From Octopus sinensis (Eukaryota): a stretch of DNA of 64,000 bases. The notes beneath the pieces are model-generated. The model had not been told where the DNA came from and did no database searches. It worked only from the letters and a program-made list of their open reading frames with translations. Numbering within the stretch: the first letter of the stretch is position 1; every line of letters starts with the position of its first letter. The stretch spans positions 126,294,001-126,358,000 of the forward strand of contig NC_043000.1 of the NCBI RefSeq assembly GCF_006345805.1, given 5' to 3'. Position numbers and translations under genes: made by a program. Shown here one piece after another: positions 23,766 through 39,384 of this stretch.

Positions 23766-26700
23766 ATGTTTTTGGAAACTAAAAGGAAAACTAAATCAGT
23801 ATACCAAATCGCTTGTCCTATGGTTAATCTGGAAGCGCGTCCCCCAGGGAAGAGCCAGCCTGGGATCGAAAAGTCATCAACTGGCACAAACTCTTCTCCG
23901 AATACGGACATGGATGGTCACTTGAACGGGAAATCCCCCAACTCGAGCCCTCCAAGTTCACCACCACAACCACCACAGAAAGAAAAATGTAAGCGGAACA
24001 AATGGACCCGAGAAGAGTATAAAGAAGTAATATATGCTTATTACTATGCATTAGGTAGGCCATCTCAAGAGAGACACACCGCAAACTCTTACAGTATATG
24101 GAGAACACGGAATCAAGACAGTAGGCCCTATTTGGACGAGAACAAATTAGCAAATGTGAAGAGGGATATCCTTAGAAATTACAGACTCACAGACAGTGAA
24201 ATAAGTGCGATCAAGCACGCAACGGAAAATGACATAAATATAAGGCACAAAGGAAATGAAGAATCAGATGAACAGTATAGCCCGCCACGAGGCTTAATTG
24301 AAAGACTGCCATCTGACCAAAGTACGCAAAGGCATGAAGATACAAGAAATTCTATTGTACCTGTTAAAGATAGCCAGGAAAACGAAAAAACAACAGTAAC
24401 TGAAGATCTCGCATTTGCTGAAGAACACAGAGAGTCTATGGCAGAAATGAGGCAGAAAATCCTGAATACGCTTGAAGTTGTAAAACATACAAGTATGAAT
24501 GATAGAGAACCACTTCATAAACTCTCAAATACAAACCAAAATAAAAAACAAATCCAAATTGGCAACTATGTAACAAATGAAATAATAGGAGAATTAAAAC
24601 CTGATTTTACTGAGTTAAATGAAATTATTTATGCTTCTGCTAGGGCAATTGAAACCAGCTGCATGCCCCCGAAAAAACAAAGAAAACAAAACCTGGGAAG
24701 AAATCAAACCTGGAGAAGTAAAATTGAAAAAGAGATTGAATTTATGAGAGGGGAAATATCAATATTAAATGAACTAATATGTGGAAATGATGTAAGATCC
24801 AGAACAGGAAGAAAGATGAAGAGAAAATTTGGATCCTCACCAAGAGAAGAACTGATATCAATAAAAGAAACGCTGAAACAAAAAGTCCAAGCAAAAGCCC
24901 AAAGAATACGAAGATTTGAGAAGAGAAACAAGTTTTACAAGCAAAATAAGCTGTTCACATCCAATGCCAAAAAATTCTACAGAGAAATAGGGAAGGAGAA
25001 AGTAACCGTTAAAGACCCCCCTCCCATGGAAGAAGTTCAAAACTTTTGGAAAAGGATTTGGAGTGACAAGAAGACGTACAACATAAATGCAGACTGGATT
25101 ATACACACTGAAGGATCCTACCAAAATTTACAACAAGCATGGGAAGACATCACAATAGCAGACCTAAGAAAGGCACTCACGAAGGCCCATAATTGGAAAT
25201 CCCCCGGTAAAGATAGGGTGCCGAATTTCTGGCTCGCATCGCTCCCATGCGCACATGGTAAGCTAGTTCAGCTGCTCAATGGAATTATGAGAGACCCAAA
25301 GAAAACACCTGAATGGTTAGCAAGTGGCATTACTTACCTACTCCCAAAGAATAACGAAACCAACCTTCCAAAAAACTATCGGCCTATAACCTGTCTATCC
25401 ACCACGTATAAAATCCTAACATCTATCCTGGCGGAGAAAACATATGCATTCATGGAGAAGAACGATATTTTCCCCATTGAACAAAAAGGGTGCCGCCGTG
25501 GCTCTTACGGATGCAAAGATCAACTGCTAATCAATCGTATGATCCTTGAGAACTGTCACAACAAGTGCAGAAATCTCAGCACCGCATGGATTGACTATAA
25601 AAGGCCTTTTTCAAGGTGACTCACTTTCACCTTTAATATTCTGCATAGCCCTAATACCCCTTACAAGTGAATTAAACAGAACAGGGTATGGGTATAAAAT
25701 TGCCAATAAAAAAATAAGCCATCTATTTTATATGGATGACTTAAAACTTTATGGTAAAGACAATAATGAACTTGAAGGCCTATTGCACACCGTGAAAGCA
25801 TTCAGCGATGACATCGGGATGGAGTTTGGACTTGAGAAGTGTGCCAAGGCCACTTTCCAGAAAGGGAAAGTGAAGACCACAAATTCAGTCGTGTTAGATG
25901 TTGACACAGTCATAAGAGAGCTTGAGCAAGAACAAACATACAAATATTTAGGGATAAATGAAGGCTCTGGTATTCAGCATGCAAGCATGAAAGAGAAGAT
26001 CAGGAAGGAATGTTATAGGAGAGTTCGTGCAGTCCTGAAATCTGAACTAAATGCACGTAACAAGGTGTTAGCTATAAATTCCTTAGCAGTTCCAGTTGTT
26101 ACTTATAGCTACAATGTGTTGAACTGGAATATGAGTGAAGTAAAGAATATAGATAGGAAAGTACGCAAGCTGCTGAGTTGTAATAGGATGCACCACCCAA
26201 AGGCAGACGTAGATCGCCTTTACCTTCCCAGAGCCCAAGGAGGTCGAGGCCTGATCCAATTTGAACTAGCTTACAAAACAACCACAATTGGACTGGCCAA
26301 ATATCTCGAAATATCGAATGACTGGATGCTAAAGCTCATGGAAAATCACGAGAGACGAAAGAAGCTTCATTCTATCATAAAGGAAAGCAAAAAATTTGCT
26401 ATTGATCTCGTGCAGGATACCCAAACTGAACAACCCGAGGGAAGTACGGCAACTATTGTTGCAAAGAAGGTGAAAATGATGGCAACGAAAAAAGCGCACG
26501 AGCAATTGGCTGATAGGTGGGAGGAGAAACCTCTGCACGGCAAATATGTGACCCACAGCAAACAAGCTGATGTTGACCAGAAGCAAACCCATCAGTGGCT
26601 ACGGAGCTCAGAGCTAAAAGCAGAGAGCGAAGGTTTCATCCTGGCTGCTCAAGATCAAAGCCTATTAACCCGGAACTACCAGGCCAATGTGATGAAAAAT

Positions 26701-27457
26701 GGAGCAGACCCAAAATGCCGATTCTGCAACGACAGGATTGAAACAGTGGACCACCTAATCTCTGGATGTAAAGTCTTAGCACCAGTGGAGTATAAATTAA
26801 GACATGACAGAGTTGGCCAATATCTCCACTGGCTAATAAGTCGGCATTACAATATCAAAACTGCCGACAAGTGGTATAATCACCACCCTGAGGCTGTAAC
26901 TGAAGGAGAAAATGTAACCATTCTGTGGGACTTTCCAGTACATACAGACCGAACCATCAAGGCCAATAAACCAGATATTGTTGTGAAAGACCAAAACAAT
27001 AAAGTTTGCTTATTGATCGACATGAGCATCCCCTGTGATCATAATATCTCAGCGAAAGAGTTTGACAAGCTCAGAAAATATAAAGACCTACTTATTGAAA
27101 TTGAGAAAATGTGGCATCTCAAGGCAGTTACAATACCAGTGATCGTAGGAGCACTAGGAATGATCAAGAAGGGAACCGAAAATTATATGAGAATGATCCC
27201 TGGCTTACCATCCCTGCAAGAAGTGCAAAAGATTGTTTTAACTGGTACATCACACATATTGAGAAGAGCATTGTCGATGTGAGAACTGTTGCTGCTCATG
27301 TATTTTAATTTAACTTAAAAAAATAAAAAATTAAAAAAATGAACGAACTATTGAGTTTGGTTTAATGGCCTACCAATGTATACTATGAGTTTCTTTGCCC
27401 TAGGAGTCGGGAAGACACTCGGCAAAAAATGGAAGCAAATTTGAAAGAAGAAAAAAA
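23766..27457 (+). mobile_element. R4/Dong-like RLE non-LTR retrotransposon, near full length, with an internal RT deletion
   Basis: N-terminal KWTREEY (Myb-like); RT KNYRPITCL, EQKGC, AWIDYK, FQGDSLSP, YMDDLK; CCHC CRFC...HLISGC; RHD; RLE NKPDIVV...IDMSIP...K..KY. 3' UTR ends at (AAT)n 27458-27470. The 5' UTR may extend back to the (TAA)n at 22141. Confidence 0.92.
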
Positions 27458-27470
27458 AATAATAATAATA

Positions 27471-27723
27471 GTGTATGGAATGCAAGAGGGTAATGTAAAA
27501 GTGATACCAGTGGTTATTGGAGTGTTGGGCTCGATCCCCTTGAAGCTTCAAGACTTCTTAAGGCAGCTGGAAATCCCATGCAAGATTGATGTCTTGCAAA
27601 AAGCAGCTTTATTGGGCACAGGACACATCTTAAGGAAAGTATTATCTTTCTGAAGTCCTTGTTGTGACTTGACAGATGACTAAAGACTCCAGTGCATTTT
27701 TACCTACACTGTGTTACAAAGGG
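27471..27723 (+). mobile_element. Severely 5'-truncated RLE element of a different subfamily
   Basis: VKVIPVVIGVLG...LQKAALLGTGHILRKVLSF* plus its own 3' UTR; bounded by (AAT)n on both sides. Confidence 0.85.
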
Positions 27724-27780
27724 ATAATAATAATAATAATAATAACAACAACAACAACCATAATAATAATACTGCTACTC

Positions 27781-28345
27781 TGATGCAATACCAGGCAGTG
27801 GCTCTCATGACTTCTTATCTTAACTGATTGGAAGTTTTATCACATACATGTTTTGTCTTGGTGTAAAAGATGGGCTACAGCAAATATTCTGCTCAATACC
27901 ACAGATTTACTTGTCAGTTGCTTGACCTTAAACAGTTTGACTTTAACCACCCTTGGTGGCTGATGATGATTGCATCTTTGATCATGAGCAGAAGTAGTTG
28001 GGGAGTATCATAGCCATGAGCTGAGAGGAAATCTTTGGGGTTCGAATAATTCACCTTTGGGAACATGGGTGTTTCATTCAACATTCTTAAGCAACTCTTA
28101 TTCAGGGACCTTTTAAACAGGATTGGCTACTCAACCTGAAGAAATTTCTAACTGGGCTCTACCTGCAAGATCATGCACTGTTTATTTTGATATGAGATCA
28201 CCATGTCATACACATATGGTTATGATGCATGTGCCTGGTGTACCCTTAATCAGACAGGTAGTCATGACGGGTATATTGGGCTTCATATATTTGTACCCCA
28301 GTGTCATTTTGATGGCATGCGCTGCTCTCTCACTCAACAATACTG
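27781..28345. mobile_element. ~560-bp non-coding interspersed repeat associated with (TAA)n (copy 1)
   Basis: Reverse complement of 31198-31749 and 30690-31011; degenerate AAT repeats on both flanks. Confidence 0.8.
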
Positions 28346-28929
28346 CTATTAATAATCCTTTCTAACAAAGGCACAAGGCCTGAAATTTGCAGGGAGGGGT
28401 CTAGTCAATTACATTGACCCTAGTACTTAGCTAGTAATTATTTTATCAATCTCTAAAGGATGAAAGGCAAAGTCAACCTAGGTGGAATTTGAACTCAGAA
28501 CGTAGTGATGACTGAAATACCACTATGCATTTCATCCAACATACTGATGATTCTGCCTATGCACTGTCTAACTGCTATTATTAATAATAAAAGTAATGAT
28601 ATAACTTTAAACTATAATAATAATAATAACCACAACAAAAATGGTATCAAATATAATTATCAAAATTACAATATTGGTTTCAAATTTTGGCACAAGGCCA
28701 GCAAGTTCAGGAGTGGTGTTAAGTTGACTACATCGACCCCAAAGTTCAACAGGTACTTATTTTATCGATCCTGAAAGGATGAAAGGCAAAGTTAACTTTT
28801 GCAGAATTTGAACCTAGAATGCAAAGACAGATGAAAGGCTTCTAAGCATCTTGCCTGGTGTGCTAATGGTTCTGCTAGCTAATGATTCTAATGTTTCTTC
28901 TTTGGTGTTGTTTTGCATTTATAATAAAA

Positions 28930-29301
28930 TAAAGCACCATTCAAGCATAATTATTACCAGCGTTGCCTTGCTGGCACTTGTGCTAGTGGCATGTGAAAAA
29001 CATTCGAGCGAGGTCATTGCCAGTGCCACTGGACTGGCTCCTGTGCAGGTGGCACGTAAAAAACACCACTTGAGCATGGCCGTTGCCAGTACTGCCTGAC
29101 TGGCCTTCGTGCTGGTAGCACATAAAAGCACCCACTACATGCCCAGAGTGGTTGGCATTAGGAAGGGCATCCAGCTGTAGAAACTCTGCCAGATTGGAGC
29201 CTGGTGCAGCCATCTGTTTCGCCAGACCTCAGTCAAATCGTCCAACCCATGCTAGCATGGAAAGCGGATGTTAAACGATGATGATGATGATGATGATGAT
29301 G
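28930..29301 (+). mobile_element. RTE 3' UTR fragment with (GAT)n tail (one of >10 copies in the window)
   Basis: Ends aaagcggatgttaaacgatgatgatg; same family as 5205-6010. Confidence 0.8.
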
Positions 29302-29630
29302 AAATATATACAAATTATAAAAATAATTTTAAAATATACAGTACAGTACTGTTTCTACTTTGCAGATTCTCACCAATCATGGGGGGTTTTGGAATGTAAC
29401 ACCCGTGATAGTCGAGGGATTAATGTAATAGCTACTTCATTGTTACTAACATTCATAATTTTCTAAGAAAAAATTAATGCCTTATTTAAGAATACTGGAA
29501 AGATAGAAGTGTAATATTTGTCTACTGAATTGTAAAAAAAAAAGTACTTTCATTTTTTCTTTTGATTCTGTAACCAGTTATCTACATCCCCAGAATTATC
29601 CCCATTGGTGTAAATCTATATGCACCTTAA

Positions 29631-29852
29631 CCCTTTTGTTACCATATTTCTGTTGAGATGCTCTGTGTTTCTTTCAATTAATTTTAAATATAACAAAGAA
29701 TTTAGTAAAACAATTTAGTTATCATTCAGCTGGTGTTAGAAACATAAATTGTGACTAAGGTTTGGTGGAAGATTTTTAATTCAGAACTTTTGAAAACAAG
29801 ATATTGTACTACAGAGCCTGAGGCGGTTTCAGGCGGTTTGGTATCAAAAGGG
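29631..29852. mobile_element. piggyBac-type MITE
   Basis: TTAA|cccttttg...caaaaggg|TTAA. A related TTAA-flanked MITE lies at 46698-46918. Confidence 0.8.
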
Positions 29853-29880
29853 TTAACAACAAGTATTATTCTACTAATAT

Positions 29881-30199
29881 AGGAGCACTCCGTCAGTTAC
29901 GACGACGAGGGCTCCAGCTGATACGATCAAAGGAACATTTGAAATTAATGTGCAAGTGACTGAGCAATTCACAGACGCACGTACCCCTAACGTAGTTCTC
30001 AGGGAGAATCAGTGTGACACTGAGTGTGACAAAGCCAGCCCTTTGAAATACAGGTGCAACTCATTTTTTCCAGCTGAGTGAACTGGAGTAATGTGAAATA
30101 AAGTGTCTTGCTCAAGGACACAACGCACCACCGGGAATCGAACTCATGACCTTACAATCATGAGCCGAATGCCCTAACCACTAAGCCACGCGCCTTCAC
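29881..30199 (-). mobile_element. tRNA-derived SINE with CORE-like central domain
   Basis: Minus strand gaaggcgcgtggcttagtggttagg (A box)...gagttcgattccc (B box)...tccttgagcaagacactt...actcagctgg; related copies at ~48045-48370 and ~49620-49940. Confidence 0.8.
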
Positions 30200-30689
30200 T
30201 AATTTTACTAATATTGACTTGTTAACCCTGCCAATGGATGTGAAAACTGGAAAGTGGCAAAAATGGAATAAAAAAACAATGGACAGTGTTCGTTTCACAT
30301 TCTTAGGGAAAGTACTTGACAAGTGGCTGCAAAAAGTCTGAAATAACATAATTGAGACAGCAACAGGCACCAACAGGATTAAATAATGAAATAAGATGTA
30401 GATGCTAGAACTGGATCAGACATATCATCAGATAAAATGGAAAAAAAAAAACAATTGTATGGCAGCACTAAAATGGTAGCATGAAGGGAAAAGAGTAGCA
30501 GAATGTCCTAAAATCACATGCTGAAAGACCATTCACAAGGGAAGGAGACGAGAAGGGAGGAGAGGCTGGAATGAGACTGGAACAGTGACAGAAAACAGAG
30601 CTGGTTGGAGAGATCATGTTGTGGCCTTATGTGCCTCATGGCACAGAGAGAGCTAACTGACTAAGCCTACATATAGCAGAGTTTCAGTT

Positions 30690-31749
<1,060 letters not shown>

Positions 31750-31764
31750 TTATTATTATTATTA

Positions 31765-31797
<33 letters not shown>

Positions 31798-31800
<3 letters not shown>

Positions 31801-34413
31801 TAGTTTTATTTTTATAGGGTGCCTTCACTTCACTACCGAGTGCAGTTCTGTGTGCTTTGGGTATGTGCTGTGATTTGTTGTGATGTTCTGATGGTTATTG
31901 TATGGAAAGTGTTCTGCGTAGGATGTGTCCAGTGCCTAGTAGTGCAATTTTCTGTATGTTATATGTGTTTGTAAGTCCTGGTGTTTTTGTTATGTATTTG
32001 TCTGAATATTTTTTTATCATGCCTAATGCACCTACTATGATAGGAATTGTTTCTGTTTTTAGATTCCACATTCTGGTTACCTCTATTTCCAGGTCTTTGT
32101 ATTTTGAAAGCTTCTCCATTTGTTTTAGAGACATGTTGTCATCTGCTGGTATTGATACATCAATTAGAAAGCATTTTTTTTCTTCATGATCTCTGACAAC
32201 TATATCTGGTCTGTTGGCCTTAATTTCTCTATCTGTGTGTATCGGCATATCCCAGAGTATGGTTGCTTTCTCGTTTTCTCTGACCTTTTCTGGTGTGTGC
32301 CTATACCATCTTTTTTTTGTTGTTATTCCATAATGTTGGCATAGCTTCCAGTGTATGTAGGTCCCAACTTTGTCATGTCTGTGAATATATTCCTTCTTAG
32401 CCAGGGATAATATGATTTATTGTTTCTTGTCCATCTCCACATATTCTGCAGTTACTTGTTATATTTCTTTTCATTACATGTTTTTGGTAATTTCTGGTGG
32501 GGGAGGCTTTGGTTTTGTGCTGCAATTAAAAATCCCTCTGTCTCTGCTTTGAGTCCTGAGCTTCTCAACCATTGCTGGGATTTTTCTTTGTCTATTTCTT
32601 TTGCATTTAGTTTAGTCCAGTATTTACCACGAAGGGGCTTTTCTTGCCATCGTTTTATCATGGTTCTTTGCTGTTCTAGTTTTAGTTTGGATTTCATTTG
32701 TTTTATAGATTTTGTTGTTTCTTCATCTTCTTCTTTTTCTTCTTCATATTTGTTAGATGGTATGATTTCTTGTTTGTATTTGTCAGCTTCCTTAAATACT
32801 GGGAACAGTTTTTTGTTTTGCTCGTGTTTTGCCACTATTTGTATCAGTTTTCCTTCCTTCTGAAGTAGATATTTTTGCAGTCCTATGGTGGTTATTTTAT
32901 AGTAGTTTTCCAGCTGTATAAGACCTCTACCACCTTCTATACGTTGTATATATATATATATAGTTTTTCTATGTCAGATTTTGGGTGATGCATCCTAGAT
33001 CCTGTCATTATTTTTCTTGTTTTCCTATCTATTTTGGTCAGTTCATTTAGTGTCCAGTCAAGGATATTGTAGCTGTAACTTATAACTGGCACAGCTGAAG
33101 TGTTAATACCTATTATCTTGTTTTTAGCATTGAGCTCTGTTTTTGGTATTGATCTAACTCGTCTATAATCTTTTTTTATTTTCTCTTTCATTTGTGTGTT
33201 GTGTCTTATCTAGTTCATGGATTCCTAAGTATTTGTACGTTTGGCTTTGGTCTAATTCTTTTATTTCATTGGTTTTATCTAGTGTGATGTTGCTACTCTT
33301 AACTAGTTTACCTCTTTTCATGGTTATTTTGGCGCATTTTTCTAATCCAAATTTCATATCTATTTCTTTGGTAAATCTATGAACTGTCTTTAATAGTGTT
33401 TCCAGCTGTTTGTCATTTGCAGCGTATAGTTTTAGGTCATCCATATATAAAAGGTGGCTGATCGTTTTGTCATAACATTTATATCCGCATCCAGTTCTAT
33501 TTAGCATATCAGATAGAAGTGACAGTGCCAAGCAGAAAAGGAGTGGAGAGAGCGTGTCTCCCTGGAATATTCCTGTTCTAATGGTGATGGCTTTGGTTTT
33601 CATGAGTCCCTCTTTTGTTTGGAGCTGTAGCACTGTTTGCCATTTATTCATAGAGTGTCCTATGAATTTTATAATTGTTGGCGCTACTTTGTTAATGGCT
33701 AGTGTTTCGAGGATCCATGTGTGGGGGATGCTATCAAACGCCTTTTTGTAGTTGATCCAGGCCATACTGTGGTCTTTCTTCTTTCTGTGGCTGTCTTCAG
33801 TTATGGCTTTATTGATCATTAGTTGATCTTTACAGCCATATGAGCCTTTGCAGCATCCTTTCTGCTCTTCTGGAAACAGGTTGTTTTCGTCCAGGTGCTT
33901 GTTCAATCTTTGTGATATCACTGCAGTAAATGCCTTGTACATTGTAGGGAGACAGGTTATAGGTCTGTAGTTTTTTTGGTTTTGCTGTCTCATTTGATTT
34001 GGGAATTAAGATGGTTTTCCCCTTCGTGAGCCATTCAGGCATTGTCTCTGGCTCTGCTAGTATGTTGTTAAAGTTTTCAGCTAGCTTTTTGTGCATTCCT
34101 GTTAGATATTTCAACCAGAAGTTGGGAATCTTGTCATGCCCAGGAGCCTTTCAGTTGCTTAGTCTTTGCAGTGCCTGGGTGACCTCTTCAGTTGTTTGTG
34201 CTTTGGCAAGGATATCTTGCTTTAGCTTTTCTTTTATCTCAGGTAAATCTTTTTCTGTGATGTTGTATTTGCGGAGTATTTTTGTTTTCTTTTTGTTGCT
34301 CAGTAGCGTTGATTGTCTACTGATTTCATTAAGAATCGACAGATCTTTTCTCATTTTTTGTATTTTGTTTTGGATGTTATTTATCTATAGGGTTTGTTTG
34401 GGTGGTGGTACTC

Positions 34414-34415
<2 letters not shown>
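31798..34415 (-). mobile_element. Second R4/Dong-like RLE element, 5'-truncated and degraded, inserted within (TAA)n
   Basis: NYRPITCL, AWINYKKAFD, GIFQGDTLSP, YMDDLK, NRPDIVVRD...IDVSIP...KYKDL; flanked by (TTA)n at 31750-31797 and 34416-34454. Confidence 0.92.
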
Positions 34416-34457
<42 letters not shown>

Positions 34458-34899
34458 TTTAAAAAGGATTGACGTAACTCTTCACAAAGGTAAACAGTCA
34501 AGATGAAGAGCACGATTCGATTTTAAGATATTTATGTCTTTGTCAAGTTCAAAATAAGAAGTGATGAAAATTGAAAATTACAGAAATTTAAATGCAAAAT
34601 ATGAACGAGAGCAACCAGCGTCCACACATTGATAGAATGACATCATCAGTTTTTACGTTACAATTTTATAACAGGTGAAAAGAAAAAGACAGAAAAAAAC
34701 AGAAAAAAAGAAGACAACAGAAAAAAGAAGACAACAGAAAAATAAGGAAAGAAAAAGAGAGAAAGAAGAATATTTTTATCAACAGTTTTGTATAAATTTG
34801 ATGATATTCTCCTGTCATCTTGTTCATTGCTCCAGGGTGTGATGTTAATAAACCGCAAACATATTTCTCCTCATACAGAATAAGAATATAAGAGAATTA

Positions 34900-35400
34900 T
34901 TGACCTCTATATCTGACTCCAAGAAAACGAACATTGGAGTATCTACACGCTGTACCTTAAAGAACAGCCACAAGAGAGGTAAGCCCTGTTCATTGTACAA
35001 CAACATGAGTGAAGTGGATTCCATCAGAAATCATAACAGAGATGTTATGATTTATACAGAAGGTGGAACAAGGGAAGATTCCCATTTGGTGTATGTTGCA
35101 GAATGTATGAAACACAACTTATTTTATGTTGGTTGCACTACAGAACAATTTAACAAAAGGTGTAATGGGCACAGATTCGATGTCAGATACAATAACAATA
35201 GTTTGACAGAACTTTCTTAACATTTCGTTTCAAGCGGTTGCAATTTTGAAGAAGACTTGAAAGTGCATATTCTCAGAAAATATTCTGAATCTGCTTCACT
35301 TTCACTTCTCACAATGTATGAGGAGAAATATGTTTGTGGGTTTTACTTGTCACAACTGAGGAGACTATATATTTGCAAAACGACCTATTACATAACCACT
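34900..35400 (+). mobile_element. Penelope-like element GIY-YIG endonuclease remnant
   Basis: HLVYVAECMKHNLFYVGCTTEQFNKRCNGHRFDV...*HF...DLKVHIL fits the PLE VY-x-C...YVG-x-T...R...HR pattern. Confidence 0.75.
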
Positions 35401-35659
35401 TGAAACATATGTATTCAAAATACAAGTAATTGCTTTTGTCATGATTCAAATATGTAACTCATTGTTTACAGCAATCTGACCGATCACTGCTTAGATAATA
35501 TAACATAAGTATAAGAGTAGAATGTTGGTCAAAACACTGAATCTGAAATATCAGGTAAAGTGTACTGCATCAAAGCATACTAATGTGTATAATAGCAGCA
35601 GCAGCAGCGGCAGCGGCAGTGGCACCACCGCCACCACCACCACCACCACCACCATCACC

Positions 35660-36468
35660 TGAAGAGAAAAGTTGGACATAAGAAGCATCAGATGTGGTGT
35701 GCAAGAGAGATGACTGCTAGTATGATCATGTGTTGCACATGGATGAGAACAGCCGTGTGAAGAAGTGTTACACCCTAACAGTGGCGGGAACTTGTGGAAG
35801 AGGTAGACCAAAGAAGACCTAGGACGAGGTAGCGAAGCACGACTTTCAAATGCTGGGCCTCACAGAGACAATGACAAGTGACCAAGACCTCTAGAGATAT
35901 GTTGTGCTTGAGAAGACCTAGCAAGCCAAGTGAGGTCCTATCCACGGTTGATGCCAATGCTGTATAACTGGCCCATTTTAAAGTACCCTTCAATTGTCGG
36001 GCAATATGCTGTGCTTGAGAAGACCTGTTGAATTAAGTGAAATCATTGTCATCACCTGTCCCAGTGCTGCCTGACTGGCACCCATGCCTGTGGCATGTAA
36101 AAAGCACCATTCGAGTGTAGCCAATGCCAGTCCCACCTGACCAGCTCCTGGGGCTGGTGGCACATAAAAAGTACTATTCAAGCATGGTCAATGCCAGTGC
36201 TGCCTGACTGGCTCCTGTGCCAGTGACATGTAAAAGGCACAAGCATGCTCCTTGCCAGTGCCGCCTGACTGGCCCCCATGCTGGTGGCATGTAAAAAGCA
36301 CCCACTACACTCTTGGAGTGGTTGGTCTTAGGAAGGACATCCAACTGTAGAAACCTTGCCGGAACAGACTGGAGCCTGGTGCAGCCTCCTGGCTTGCCAG
36401 TCATCATTCAAACCATCCAACTCATGCCAGCATGGAAAGCACGTGTTAAACCATGATGATTATGATGA
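35660..36468 (+). mobile_element. RTE-clade LINE 3' end (ORF C-terminus + 3' UTR)
   Basis: Degraded HVLxMDENSxVKK...TCGRGRPKKT*DEV...LGLTE motif followed by the repeated 3' UTR and a (GAT)n tail. Confidence 0.8.
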
Positions 36469-36809
36469 AAATGAGTGCTCAATACTGCATTGGTGAATAT
36501 AATTTCTTTACTTGTGAATTAAGGCTACCATTGGCTTCATGTTAAGAAAAGTAGGAAAATATTCTAGTGTTTTAACAATTTTTCAAGCCAATCACATGGA
36601 GAAAGCTATTTGTCTCCATTTTGGAAAACATATATGATGGGCTTCTTTCAGTTCCCATATATCACATCCACTCACAAGGCTTTGGTTAACCTTGGGCTTT
36701 AGTAAAAGATACTTGCTGAGGATGCCATTTGGTTGGGAAGTGAACTTCTTAATCATGCAGTCATACATGTGTCTAGCTCTCAGTATCTCAGTCTCTTTCA
36801 CTCTGTCTC

Positions 36810-36849
<40 letters not shown>

Positions 36850-36851
36850 AT

Positions 36852-36888
<37 letters not shown>

Positions 36889-38524
36889 AACTGGCTCCTG
36901 TGCAGGTGGAACGTAAAAGCACCCACTACACTCTCGGAGTGGTTGGCGTTAGGAACGGCATCCAGCTGTAGAAACTCTGCCAGATCAGATTGGAACCTGG
37001 TGCAGCCATCTGGTTCACCAGTCCTCAGTCAAATTGTCCAACCAATGATAGCATGGAAAGCAGATGTTAAATGCTGCTGCTGATGATGATGATGACATAC
37101 ACACACAGATATATATGCATGTACATACATACAAACATAGATACATGTTTGTATGTACATAAGTATATATATATATATACACACAAAAAGAATACACACA
37201 CACACATAAGAGGGGATGAATGTTTGTTTGTGTGTGTGTGTGTGTGGTGTGTGTGTGTGTGTGTGCCTGTCTGTATATCTAATAAAATACCCAGTCTGAC
37301 TTCACTTTTCAAGCTTGCTAAGAATCTTTCAAGTGTTTGTGATCAATTTAACTTAGTTGCCAAGTGAAGACCGTCATTGTAATTGTTTATGAAGGTATTG
37401 GTATAATGTCTGGACCCAGCACATACCCCAATACCTCCTGGAGACTTACATACATGCATGCACACATACACACTACAAAGCATATATACTATATAAACCA
37501 CCAGACAAAGAAATAAACTAAACTATAAAGAAGCCAAACAAATTCAGCTTTCAACAGGAGGGAAGGTGTATGTGCTTGTATATGAATGTCTGTATTTGTA
37601 AGTGTATACATATATGTATGTGTGTGTGTGTGTGTATGTGTATGTGCATGTCAGTGTGTCTGAGTATATGTAAATATGAGTGAAAGGTATGTATATGTGA
37701 TATGTGTTCACATGTGTGTGTGGTTCATATAAGTATGCAATATGAGTATGAACCTGCCTGAATATTTCAAAAGCTGATTGTGTATAATCAATGTAAGAAC
37801 TACGTAACCGTGTAAAACCACTTCTTGAAATCGCCAAATCTCCATTTACTGTCTGCCAGAGAATTTTTTTTTTGTTTATTTATTCAATTTTTTGTTCAGC
37901 ATTTAAATCAAAAATGGACTGGTTGTTTTCGCTTTAAATACAGAACAAACTCCCAAATGTGGTTCTGTAGTATTTGAACTAAATAGAAAGCAAAAGAGAG
38001 AAAAAAAAACTATAATTGATGAAGAGAAATAACACCCCCAAAACAGAAGCAAAATGAATTATATAACATGAATATATTTATATGAATAATTGAGCCATTA
38101 ATTTTAAATGAGTATCAGAATCATTTGCGAAGAAAAGATTACAGGTCATAGTGCCAAAAAGGAGGTTTACCAAGGATTACCAAGAAAGGAAAATAATTTA
38201 CTGACATAAACAAACACAAATATACTCAATTATATATATATACATATACATATACACAAACACACACACACATATATATATATATATAACTAAAAATAAG
38301 GGTGTCTAAGAGACACCACCATGCCGAAATAGCAGTCAAAACCCTGACTTTAAAAACCACGTTAAATGTTCATATCATACCATGAGATAATACAGAGGGA
38401 CAAAATACACTAGCAAAAAATATTATTGAATAATTCAAGATCCAGGATTTCTGGTTTTGCTTTAAATAAGCTTTACCGTCATCGGATGAATATATCAAAA
38501 GTACATAAATACAGATATATATAG

Positions 38525-39384
<860 letters not shown>

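Noticed and set aside
34658-34858. Minus-strand ORF with RRISSNLYKTVDK resembling a PLE RT thumb
   Set aside because: Opposite strand to the GIY-YIG remnant and mostly low complexity; similarity too weak.
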